DNA from: a virus
IMG/VR virus record: IMGVR_UViG_3300027734_000056
Location: 1 to 64,000 of that record
DNA: 64,000 nt
Direction: 5' to 3' (one strand)
Shown here: positions 25,915 through 35,124 of the stretch, in pieces
Layout of the letters: the number at the start of each line of letters is the position of its first letter
Numbering within the stretch: the stretch's first letter is position 1
Program-made: the position numbers and the translations under genes
The notes under the pieces: model-generated
Told to the model about the DNA's origin: nothing
What the model saw: the letters and a program-made list of their open reading frames with translations, nothing else
Database searches by the model: none

Positions 25915-28900
25915 CAGGTACAGTTGTACCAACACCAGGTTTAGTTGGGTATACTTTTATATTTAAAGAGTATCGTTATTATAATTACTGGTATTACCCT
26001 GGCGTAATTTATGTAAGTGGCACAAGACCAGTTATAGGTGAAAAGTTAAATACTAGCAATTATAATACTTATGGTAAAACAATTACCATAACTGCCATTG
26101 AACTTAATACTGTATACGGTGATATATATTATTTAAGCAATAGCTTATATTATTTAAATACTGGTGGACAGATTAGTTATAGTGATACATCTACCCTAAG
26201 CTTTAGTAGATCAGAAAGTTATAGCGCTTTAACAACTGAAAGTTATAACAGTTTACCAGAAAGTAGTTACAGTTTAGGTGCTTACTATAGCCCTAATCAA
26301 CGTTATAGACCTATCAGTAATACTGTATATTATAAACCATCTGGAGCAACTGCTGCTAGTGTTGCTACTTTAAATTTAAACTTATATAATCAGTATACCG
26401 ATTTTCAATTAAATAATGATTTAAGTGGTGTATACATTGGTAATTGCTTACATACTATAGAACAAAGAGGTCCTGCAGTTTGGTATTCTGGTACTGGTTT
26501 AAAATCAGTTGCCGTAATACTAGAAGATGGTGTAGAAACCAAAGTAGCAAGTCAAGAGCCTGTAGGCAACAGCACTATTCCAGTAGCTAATTGGGCTACA
26601 TCAACAGCAGTATCAAATACTGATAATAGTGCTGGCACTGAATCTGCTAAATCTGCATACAGTGTTAGTAGTAACGCTGTGCCTGGAGGTACAGGAATAG
26701 GTGACTATATAGTAAAATTATATAGTAATATTGATACGCAAGATCCTTATAGAGTAAGAGCAGAACATAGATATGCTATAGTAACTAGTACGGCACCACG
26801 AGTAAATGCAACAATTAACACACTAACAATTCCAGTTACCTTAGATGGCTCAATTATTCAACCACCTGCATCAAGTACCAATACAAATAACTTTCAAGAT
26901 AGTTATTTAATTTGTAGAAGCAATAAAACCCCAGCTCTTAGTAGTACATCAACATATAATTGTCCACCAATAACTTTTGCAGGATATAATACTGGTAGTG
27001 GTTTAGAAAGTACAACAAATAAGTTAGATATTACTTTAGGTAGATACCTTTTAGCTGGTAACGAAATTAGTTTAACAAATGGAAGAAATTACTTTACTCT
27101 TTATGTTAGTCAGATGGGACTTGGATATTTAAATCCAGTTACAGGTTATGTAGGCACAGAGTTTATTCCTGCTGCAGGTCAAGCATTAACAATTATAGAT
27201 AGTCAATATTATAAAGTAAATTTTTCAACAACAATTACTAGTGTAGATTTCAACTATAATAATAATAATCCTTATTATGTCATAACTCATACAGGTACCT
27301 TTAGCGGTACTACGGGACTTTACTCTAATACTTTTTTTAGATTTACTAAAACTTATACAAAATATACACTGGATCCAGAAACTTCAGTTTGGCCAGAGGA
27401 CTGGACACGTTCGGGAGGTAGTGGATATGCTCGCCCCAAACTAGGTGATGCTTATAGCTATTGGATTCCAGTAGAAAATAGATGGGTAAGTAGTGGGTTT
27501 TTTACAGTAAGCCCCCAATATACTATAAAAAAATTGGATGGTACATTAATAGGTATATTTAATGATACTAGTTTAATTGAGTCAGTGCTTACATCTACTG
27601 ATACTACAGCAAATAATCAACTATTTAATACATCTCTTAGTTCAATAACAAATAATTATTCTATACAAGGTTTTTCATCGCCAAGTAATATGGTTTGGAA
27701 AAGCTATAATGCAGCTGAAATAGGCGGAATAGGTTGGTTTACAACTGCTACTGCAGCAACTGCACGCTATAACACTCAAACAAACTTTAAATCAGCAAAA
27801 ATACGTAGAGATAAACTAATGGAGTTTTATTATACTTATGGTCCTTGTATAATAGAACTTAAAGCCGATATATTAATCAGAACCATGACTAGTGGGCGTT
27901 CACAGGTCCAAAGACACCCTTATACATATCCTTACGCTTCAGCTACTGGTTCTGTAGCTGAAACTTATACAAGTAGTACTTATAGTGATATTATAAGATT
28001 TAAAATTCAAGAAACAGTTGTACCCATAAATACACCACCATTAAATATAATAAGACCTTCAAGTTTAATTGGATTTAGTACTGCACCAGCAGACTATAAG
28101 ATCAGTTTTAGTGCTGCGCGTTTAACTAATAGGTACAAAGATAGTAAAAAAATCTTAATAGAAAGTATTAATCCTAGTACTAATTTAATTACAATTACAA
28201 ACCATGGATTTAAACAATTTCAATTGGTTCGTTATGTATCAATTGGAACTGTAGCTACTGGTTTAAAAGATAATAATTATTATTATGTAATTTTGAACGG
28301 CTCTGATCCTGATTCCTTTTATTTAGCTAAAGACTATTATTATACTTCTGGTGTATTGCAAGGTAAATTAGATATAAAATCAACGGGCAGTCCTGGCAGT
28401 CAATATATTTGTATAGATTCCAGTAATTATACTTTTAATACAAATCTTAGTAATGTTAATGATACTACTGATACTGTTTATTTTGCCACACAACACGGAT
28501 TAAATACAGGTGATAGGGTACAATATTTAGCGCCACAGTACGCAGTAGCGACTAATGTAACTAATTTAGTACATTACTCTTATTATTATGTTAGTAAAAT
28601 AGATAATAGTAGTATAAAATTACTTGATGTAACAGGTAGTCCAGTAAATATAACTAAAAATTATTCATTTGCTATACCAACATTAACTTTTAGTACACAA
28701 ACATCTAGAACTGGTTGGACAGTTACAAAAAATTATAATAGTAATACAACAACATTAAGTATAAACATACAAGGCAACTATTCACGCGCTACTGTTAGTT
28801 TTGATGTTATTTATAATATTAGTGTATCTACAGCAACTAACTATAGTTGGAGTAGTGTAATTACTGGTAGTACAAGCGGTACATTTTATGGCACACAGTT

Positions 28901-31163
28901 GGGTAGTAGCGGAACAACTCAGCTTTTTGGTAAAACTATAACTACTACATCAGGTATAGCAAATGCCAGTGGTACTGGATCATTGACGGTTGGTACTAGT
29001 ACTTTAAAAGTTAGTTTTATTTCAGGTTATTATGGAGATAGTCAGACAAATAGTTATACTTTTAATATTACATTTTCAAATCCAGTAGCTGGTGCAATAA
29101 GTTTTGTAAAATTTCCAGATGTAATACAAGAAATTTCAGATAAAAATGTTGGCTATATAGGTTTAGGTACTGAGACTAGTTTACTAAACGCAGCACCTAC
29201 AAGAACTTTATCAAGTTTAACTGGTAATAATTTAAATGTAAAATTATATCGTAATAGAATAAAAGGCGGTTTAGTTAATAGTATAAATATACCTGTATTA
29301 ACAAATAAATCTAATAGTAATACAGTAACTATTACTAATAGTACAAGTTTATATGGTTTAACAGAAGTGGCTTTTATGCCAGGTGGCTCTGACATTAAAC
29401 ATTATAGTATGCCGTTAGCTACCACTAATAACTATACTCAATATAATAAAAATTTTGATAAATTAAATAATTCAGCAGCTTATACCACAACTGCGGGGGA
29501 TTTTCTAATTAATAGTCAAGGTAGTATATCAGACTCTACTGGTAGCCCTGCTAATGCTATTTTTGCTACTCATGGATTAACAACTGGGAGTCCCGTACGT
29601 ATTAGTACAGAAAATCAAAATACTATAAATACCACAAACTATAATGCTATTACTAAAGTTAAAATAAGTAGTTTAATTTCTGGTGATATAGGTAGTTTAT
29701 TTGGTACAACATTTGCACATAACTATAAAACTGGTGATATAGTTATGTATCAACAAGGTAAAAGTGTTGGTAAATTTGAAAATTTATTGGACGTACTAAG
29801 ACCAGGACAAAGGTATTATGTTATAGTTATAGATTACTATTGGTTTAAATTAGCAGAAAGTTTACAAAAAGCCCAAGCAAATAAAGGTATTATTTTAAAT
29901 AGTTTTGGTACATTTGCAGGTGAAATAATAAATGGTATAGATACAACAACAGCAACTATATACTTTAAATATCCACAAACATCAGCAGCTAATGCCGTAT
30001 CGTATAATAAACCAAGTTACACTACTAAAGAAAATCCAATTTCAGTAATTTATAACGACAGCAATTATGATAAAACAACAGATGCTTTTGATACTAGTAC
30101 ATTTACATTTAAATATACGGGCTCAGACCCCTACAGTCAACAAATGTATACAACTACAGCTCAAACAACTTTAGCTACCACTGTTTTTAGTAAAATGGTT
30201 GTAGGTTATGTAGATAATTTAAATACAACCCCAAAAAATATAAATTGTTATGATACATATTATGTAATAGTAGTTGATACTACTTCATTTAGACTTGCTA
30301 GTAACTACGCGGATGCCATGGCAGTTGTTCCTGTTTACTTACCAATAGAGCCAGCAGCGTTCCCTGTAAATCTTAATGTTTATGTAGGGCTTACTCCCCC
30401 TAAATTTAATTCAAGCAGAACTTCACTTATAGTAGATCAAATAGCTTTAAATACCGAAAATCCTTTAGGATTATCCCTTGCCTGGGATTATACATTAGGT
30501 ACAACTAGTACTAGTACTAGTAATATTGATGGATTTATAGTTTATGTAGGAGTATCAAACAATGTAGGCAGTGATGTAGTAAATGATTTAACTTATTTAG
30601 TTAGTTATGAAGATTATTACGCTATTGGTAAATATGGTATAGTTATAAATAATTTACCTTCAAATTATTTATATGTAGCAGTTGCTGCTTATAGATATCG
30701 AAATAATTATGATTATAGACACGTTACAGTTATTGGCTCAGATGGACAAGAGTTTCAACGTAGTACTCTATTAAAAAGTAGTACAACTTTTCCTACATAT
30801 AGCAATGCAACTACATTATCAATGCCTGATGCTGCTGGAACTACTAAGTATACTACAGTTAAAAAATATTTTATACCAAACTATAGATTAAATTATAATT
30901 TAAGTCAAGGTTATGATGCTGCCACAAGCACTATGTATATCGATGGCGCCAATGGTACTCTTACTGTTACTAAAAGTGGAAGTATTAAAACAAAACCACA
31001 ATTTACAGTTGAAGGTGTAAATTATGATTATATTCCTTATATTTCAACATCAGGAGATTATAAATATATATCATCAAAAGAAACAATAAATTATACTAGT
31101 AATACTATACTACCTTATCGTACACCAAAAACTTTTAGTAGTTCTTCTACTAATAAAGGATAA
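25896..31163 (+). CDS. Large virion/adhesin protein (1,755 aa) with repeated small beta-domains
   Basis: Rich in Thr/Ser/Tyr/Asn; repeats HGFKQFQLVRY, HGLNTGDRVQY, HGLTTGSPVRI, HNYKTGDIVMY, mostly followed by YYV...F.LA. Confidence 0.6.
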   Translation: MVFQDLTGTVVPTPGLVGYTFIFKEYRYYNYWYYPGVIYVSGTRPVIGEKLNTSNYNTYGKTITITAIELNTVYGDIYYLSNSLYYLNTGGQISYSDTSTLSFSRSESYSALTTESYNSLPESSYSLGAYYSPNQRYRPISNTVYYKPSGATAASVATLNLNLYNQYTDFQLNNDLSGVYIGNCLHTIEQRGPAVWYSGTGLKSVAVILEDGVETKVASQEPVGNSTIPVANWATSTAVSNTDNSAGTESAKSAYSVSSNAVPGGTGIGDYIVKLYSNIDTQDPYRVRAEHRYAIVTSTAPRVNATINTLTIPVTLDGSIIQPPASSTNTNNFQDSYLICRSNKTPALSSTSTYNCPPITFAGYNTGSGLESTTNKLDITLGRYLLAGNEISLTNGRNYFTLYVSQMGLGYLNPVTGYVGTEFIPAAGQALTIIDSQYYKVNFSTTITSVDFNYNNNNPYYVITHTGTFSGTTGLYSNTFFRFTKTYTKYTLDPETSVWPEDWTRSGGSGYARPKLGDAYSYWIPVENRWVSSGFFTVSPQYTIKKLDGTLIGIFNDTSLIESVLTSTDTTANNQLFNTSLSSITNNYSIQGFSSPSNMVWKSYNAAEIGGIGWFTTATAATARYNTQTNFKSAKIRRDKLMEFYYTYGPCIIELKADILIRTMTSGRSQVQRHPYTYPYASATGSVAETYTSSTYSDIIRFKIQETVVPINTPPLNIIRPSSLIGFSTAPADYKISFSAARLTNRYKDSKKILIESINPSTNLITITNHGFKQFQLVRYVSIGTVATGLKDNNYYYVILNGSDPDSFYLAKDYYYTSGVLQGKLDIKSTGSPGSQYICIDSSNYTFNTNLSNVNDTTDTVYFATQHGLNTGDRVQYLAPQYAVATNVTNLVHYSYYYVSKIDNSSIKLLDVTGSPVNITKNYSFAIPTLTFSTQTSRTGWTVTKNYNSNTTTLSINIQGNYSRATVSFDVIYNISVSTATNYSWSSVITGSTSGTFYGTQLGSSGTTQLFGKTITTTSGIANASGTGSLTVGTSTLKVSFISGYYGDSQTNSYTFNITFSNPVAGAISFVKFPDVIQEISDKNVGYIGLGTETSLLNAAPTRTLSSLTGNNLNVKLYRNRIKGGLVNSINIPVLTNKSNSNTVTITNSTSLYGLTEVAFMPGGSDIKHYSMPLATTNNYTQYNKNFDKLNNSAAYTTTAGDFLINSQGSISDSTGSPANAIFATHGLTTGSPVRISTENQNTINTTNYNAITKVKISSLISGDIGSLFGTTFAHNYKTGDIVMYQQGKSVGKFENLLDVLRPGQRYYVIVIDYYWFKLAESLQKAQANKGIILNSFGTFAGEIINGIDTTTATIYFKYPQTSAANAVSYNKPSYTTKENPISVIYNDSNYDKTTDAFDTSTFTFKYTGSDPYSQQMYTTTAQTTLATTVFSKMVVGYVDNLNTTPKNINCYDTYYVIVVDTTSFRLASNYADAMAVVPVYLPIEPAAFPVNLNVYVGLTPPKFNSSRTSLIVDQIALNTENPLGLSLAWDYTLGTTSTSTSNIDGFIVYVGVSNNVGSDVVNDLTYLVSYEDYYAIGKYGIVINNLPSNYLYVAVAAYRYRNNYDYRHVTVIGSDGQEFQRSTLLKSSTTFPTYSNATTLSMPDAAGTTKYTTVKKYFIPNYRLNYNLSQGYDAATSTMYIDGANGTLTVTKSGSIKTKPQFTVEGVNYDYIPYISTSGDYKYISSKETINYTSNTILPYRTPKTFSSSSTNKG

Positions 31164-31168
31164 CAAAA

Positions 31169-31507
31169 TTGGCAAATTATAAATATGATTTTGGAATATC
31201 GCCTATACCTAGTACTGCCAGTAGTACTAGTGGTAATATACTAGATAATAGTATTACAGTACCTGTAATAATATCTACTATTACATTAGATACTATCACC
31301 CCCACGGTGGGTGGTAGTACTGTAATAACTCAAAATATATCTAGTATAGGTCCAGCTATTGTACAAAGTAATGGTGATAGTTTAAGGGTGCTAATACCAG
31401 TAATAGATAGTAGTAATGTAGTATCACTAGCAGAAGTATATTATACTTATGCCAGGGAATTACCAGATATTAAATTTACAGCAGTTTTAAAAGTATTGGG
31501 GATATAG
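31169..31507 (+). CDS. Hypothetical tail-associated protein
   Basis: TTG start with SD AAGGA; tightly packed in the operon. Confidence 0.6.
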   Translation: MANYKYDFGISPIPSTASSTSGNILDNSITVPVIISTITLDTITPTVGGSTVITQNISSIGPAIVQSNGDSLRVLIPVIDSSNVVSLAEVYYTYARELPDIKFTAVLKVLGI

Positions 31508-31508
31508 T

Positions 31509-32258
31509 ATGGCTGTAGAAAGAATAAAAATAACACCTGACTATATAATAGCAAAAAATTCCGATGGTATAATAACTTATAGTGCAGGTACTGTTCCTGC
31601 TACTGGAACTGAATTTCCAAGCTATTTAAGAAGTACAGAAACAAGTGATACTATTAATGTTAATAGTGGTTATGATATATACTATAATCAACTAGCCCCA
31701 ATACCTTATCCCATAAATAATATAAGCGGAATTCCAACTACTCAACCAGGTGGATCAATATTTAGTATAACCCAAATACCTGTAATAACTGCTAATGCAG
31801 ATATATTTAATTTTACATTAACAGAACCTGGAGTTTATACAATTGTACCAACTTTATGGTTTACTGAATCTGGTTCACCTCAAAATTATAAAAATACAAC
31901 TGCATATGCTACTAATACTGGTAATTTGGCATATATTTCAACTACTTTTAATGCTACATTTGGTGGATTTTATTTAGCTAGTTATCAATTTAGTGATGAT
32001 AGTAAGGGCTGGTTTGGTCCATGTGATGGGAACGGTGATTTGATGAGTGTAAGTTTTAATTATGGTATGGATAACCCAGATAGCACAAGTTTAAGTGTTC
32101 CAGCAAGTTATAGTACTACATATACTACTTCACTATTAAAAGCAAGCATTAGTGCAACTGAATTAGCTTCAGCAGGTATTAGCAGTAGCTGGGCAAGAGG
32201 AATTATAAAAGTATTATACTACTCTCGTGGTTATTTAAAATTAAGGTATACAAAATGA
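31509..32258 (+). CDS. Hypothetical tail-tip-associated protein
   Basis: Beta-rich composition; coupled to its neighbours. Confidence 0.6.
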   Translation: MAVERIKITPDYIIAKNSDGIITYSAGTVPATGTEFPSYLRSTETSDTINVNSGYDIYYNQLAPIPYPINNISGIPTTQPGGSIFSITQIPVITANADIFNFTLTEPGVYTIVPTLWFTESGSPQNYKNTTAYATNTGNLAYISTTFNATFGGFYLASYQFSDDSKGWFGPCDGNGDLMSVSFNYGMDNPDSTSLSVPASYSTTYTTSLLKASISATELASAGISSSWARGIIKVLYYSRGYLKLRYTK

Positions 32259-32776
32259 TTGATATATCTTCGACAGGTATTCGTGTACAAGCTCAAGGTA
32301 ATACAGTACCAGAATTAACTGGTAATACTCAATTAACAACTTATTTAACAACAGCTAGTGGAAGTTGCACATTTACAGGAAACTCAGGCAGCTATCGTCA
32401 AATCATAAATTTGAGTAATAGTACGGTTAGTATAATAGCAAAAAGCTATAATACTTATCAAAGTAACTTTACTCACTTTTATGTAATTTATATAACGCCT
32501 ACTAATTTACCTACTGGCAGCCCCTTAATGCCTTTATTAAATAAAAAATTTCAATTGTGTATGCCAATACCTTATCAGGTAGCTAATAGTACTACAACTT
32601 ATAGACTAGATAAGTTTGATGTATTAACAGGTAGATTAGTATATGGTAGCCCAAGTTACATAGAATTTCAAGCGTATGATGCTACAAATTTGGATAGCTT
32701 AAATCCAATTGCGCAAAGCTCAATTAGTTTTAATTGGCAGATTCATACTTATTATTATAAAAACTATATTTATTAA
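32255..32776 (+). CDS. Hypothetical tail-tip-associated protein
   Basis: ATGA overlap with the upstream gene; beta-rich. Confidence 0.6.
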   Translation: MIDISSTGIRVQAQGNTVPELTGNTQLTTYLTTASGSCTFTGNSGSYRQIINLSNSTVSIIAKSYNTYQSNFTHFYVIYITPTNLPTGSPLMPLLNKKFQLCMPIPYQVANSTTTYRLDKFDVLTGRLVYGSPSYIEFQAYDATNLDSLNPIAQSSISFNWQIHTYYYKNYIY

Positions 32777-32780
32777 AACT

Positions 32781-32999
32781 ATGGATTTATCAAACAAACA
32801 AGTGATAGTTAAGTCGCTAATAAATAATGCAATACCTGAACCCGAAACTGTGGTAACTGTTATTATTTATGAAATTATATCAACAGGTATAAGAAAAAAT
32901 GTAGGCGAATACGATATTACATTACGTAACGTATTATACTATGACCTGCAAGACCCTCAACTGATGCAAGCTGTACTACTACAACTTGCTGAAATCTAG
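32781..32999 (+). CDS. Small hypothetical protein (72 aa)
   Basis: ATG 32781 just after the upstream stop; fills the gap to 33008. Confidence 0.55.
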   Translation: MDLSNKQVIVKSLINNAIPEPETVVTVIIYEIISTGIRKNVGEYDITLRNVLYYDLQDPQLMQAVLLQLAEI

Positions 33000-33007
33000 G
33001 AACAAAA

Positions 33008-34072
33008 ATGGCGGCAAATAATTTAAAAGTAATTTATGATAATGTAATAGATTACTCAACTACCACACTTTCAGCAGATAGTGTTGCAGGTGCATCTTAT
33101 GCAGCAGCAAATCTTAAAAAAGACGCAAAAAGCCAAACTTGGCGCAGTACGGCAAAAACTGCTACCTTAACAGTTGGCTTTGGCTCAGGCACGTTTAGTG
33201 GATATATTACAGGTACAACGCTTGTAGTTACAACTGCACCTACCATTACACTAGCACCAAATCAAGTTATCACAGGTGGTAGTATTGCAGCAGGTACTTA
33301 CATTACAAGTTTTGGCACAGGTACTGGCGGTACGGGTAATTATGTAGTCAATACCAGTCAAACTGTGGGCAGTAGTGGCTCACCTATTACTGTAACTGCT
33401 GCAAATGCAAGGGTTTTAAGTGGTGTGCTACTGGCATTTACCAATTTAACTAGTACAGCTACAATTACAACCACTGCCATAAATGTAATTGCAGGTGTAA
33501 ACCCCAGCGCATTAGGTGCTGTACTGGCCAGGCCGTGGACAGACACAGCTTGGGACAGTACATTTTTACCTGCCAACAGCAGCAGCTATAGTTATGGTGC
33601 TGGAAGCCATGCCAGAATCTGGTTTAGCAGCGACGTAACTTGTACGGGACTTACTATTTTAATAACTGATACGGCTAATAGTAACAGCTATCTAGAAGCA
33701 AGTAGGCTGATAGTAGGCAAGTCGTGGAGTCCAAAATACAATACAGAATTTGGCATAGAAGTTGGGGTAAAAGATTTAAGCAGTCAATCAAGAACTGAAA
33801 GCGGTGATTTAATTACCACCCGCGGTGTACGTTACAAAACTTTAAATTTCAACTTAAATTGGCTAACATACACTGACCGTACAACTTTTGTAAATTTACT
33901 AAAAACTAGTGGTTTAAGCAGGCCGCTGGCAGTTAGCTTATTTCCAAATAATAGTGACGACTGGGATGCTGAAGGGTTATACCAAATATTTGGAAAATTA
34001 ACAGATACAGCAGCTGTTACACATCCAATGTTTACTGTATACACAAGTTCAGTAAGCATAGAAGAAATATAA
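33008..34072 (+). CDS. Distal-tail (Dit-like) / minor tail protein with an inserted beta-domain
   Basis: AANLKKDAKSQTWRS..YLEASRLIVGKSWSPKYN..SRTESGDL..FNLNWL. Insert GTFSGYITGTTL...GTGGTGNYVVNTSQTV. Confidence 0.55.
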   Translation: MAANNLKVIYDNVIDYSTTTLSADSVAGASYAAANLKKDAKSQTWRSTAKTATLTVGFGSGTFSGYITGTTLVVTTAPTITLAPNQVITGGSIAAGTYITSFGTGTGGTGNYVVNTSQTVGSSGSPITVTAANARVLSGVLLAFTNLTSTATITTTAINVIAGVNPSALGAVLARPWTDTAWDSTFLPANSSSYSYGAGSHARIWFSSDVTCTGLTILITDTANSNSYLEASRLIVGKSWSPKYNTEFGIEVGVKDLSSQSRTESGDLITTRGVRYKTLNFNLNWLTYTDRTTFVNLLKTSGLSRPLAVSLFPNNSDDWDAEGLYQIFGKLTDTAAVTHPMFTVYTSSVSIEEI

Positions 34073-34102
34073 AAATAGCCTCCATTAGGGGGCTATTTTT
34101 TT
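34071..34102 (+). terminator. Intrinsic terminator
   Basis: AAAAATAGCCTCC-ATTA-GGGGGCTATTTTTTT. Confidence 0.85.
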
Positions 34103-34105
34103 AAC

Positions 34106-34134
34106 TTGACTGATTTTTGCTAACATGGTATAAT
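34106..34134 (+). promoter_or_regulatory. Late sigma70 promoter for the fibre/lysis operon
   Basis: TTGACT-17-TATAAT with extended TG. Confidence 0.9.
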
Positions 34135-34198
34135 AGTACCAAAAATATGTAATAGATTTTAAATTTAAATACTAAATTGCTGTCAAGGAGTACATCAC

Positions 34199-34540
34199 AT
34201 GGAAATAACAGACCCATCAAATATATCCCAGTGGCTTACGGCAGCTTTTTTGGCTGTAGTTGGACTAGCTATGGGATTGCAAGTAGTAGTTAAAAACTGG
34301 AAAGCAAATAGTACAGAATCAGCTTTATTAAAGATGATGCATGATGAATTAGAACGTATGAGTGCGCAAAACTTAATACTAAGCCAAGAAATTGGCAAAT
34401 TGCAAGCTGAACTAGTAAACTTAAGCAATCAACTTAGTGAATTAACTAGTGAAAATACTAAACTGCGTGTTGAAGTCAGCAACTTAAATACTGAAATTAC
34501 CAGACTACATGGTATTATAAAAACAAAGGCGGTAGTATGA
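34199..34540 (+). CDS. Single-TM coiled-coil protein (holin/antiholin-like architecture)
   Basis: TM WLTAAFLAVVGLAMGLQVVV followed by a leucine heptad coil; SD AAGGAG. Confidence 0.55.
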   Translation: MEITDPSNISQWLTAAFLAVVGLAMGLQVVVKNWKANSTESALLKMMHDELERMSAQNLILSQEIGKLQAELVNLSNQLSELTSENTKLRVEVSNLNTEITRLHGIIKTKAVV

Positions 34541-35124
34541 CTGATGCAGTAAAAATAAATTATAAAATTATGCAAGGCAATACTTTTTCAGAAACACTGC
34601 GCTGGGAAAGCGGTGAAAAAGTTTATAAGCCTATTACTGCAATAACACAAAGTGCACCACTAACCCTTACTAGTACAGCACATGGTATTCCACCACAATG
34701 GCGTATTAAAATCAGCAACGTGGTAGGCATGACTGACATTAACAGCAGTGATATATATAGACTGGGCGAACCTACTACAGCTAATGTAATAACTATTAAT
34801 GACATTAACAGTGTAGGTTACCGTGCTTATACAAGCGGTGGTATACTAGAATACAATAAACCTGTTGATATGACAGGGTATACTGCAAAAATGCAAATTA
34901 GACCAAATGTAGATAGTAGTACATTAATTTATGAAATGACTACTAGTAATGGCGGTGTTACAATTGATAATACAAATAAAAAGATAACTTTATTTATTCC
35001 TGCAACTGTAACTAGTACATTTAATTTTACAACTGCAGTTTATGCACTTGAAATTTATGCAGGTACCACAAGCTTTGTGTTAATTTATGGCAGCATGGGA
35101 TTAACCAAAGAGGTTGTAAAATGA
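34537..35124 (+). CDS. Fibre-anchoring collar/adaptor protein (T5 p132-like position)
   Basis: I.QG.TF..VDMTGYTAKMQIR..ITLFIPA..AVYALEI beta-sandwich directly before the long fibre; inserted TAHGIP domain. Confidence 0.55.
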   Translation: MTDAVKINYKIMQGNTFSETLRWESGEKVYKPITAITQSAPLTLTSTAHGIPPQWRIKISNVVGMTDINSSDIYRLGEPTTANVITINDINSVGYRAYTSGGILEYNKPVDMTGYTAKMQIRPNVDSSTLIYEMTTSNGGVTIDNTNKKITLFIPATVTSTFNFTTAVYALEIYAGTTSFVLIYGSMGLTKEVVK

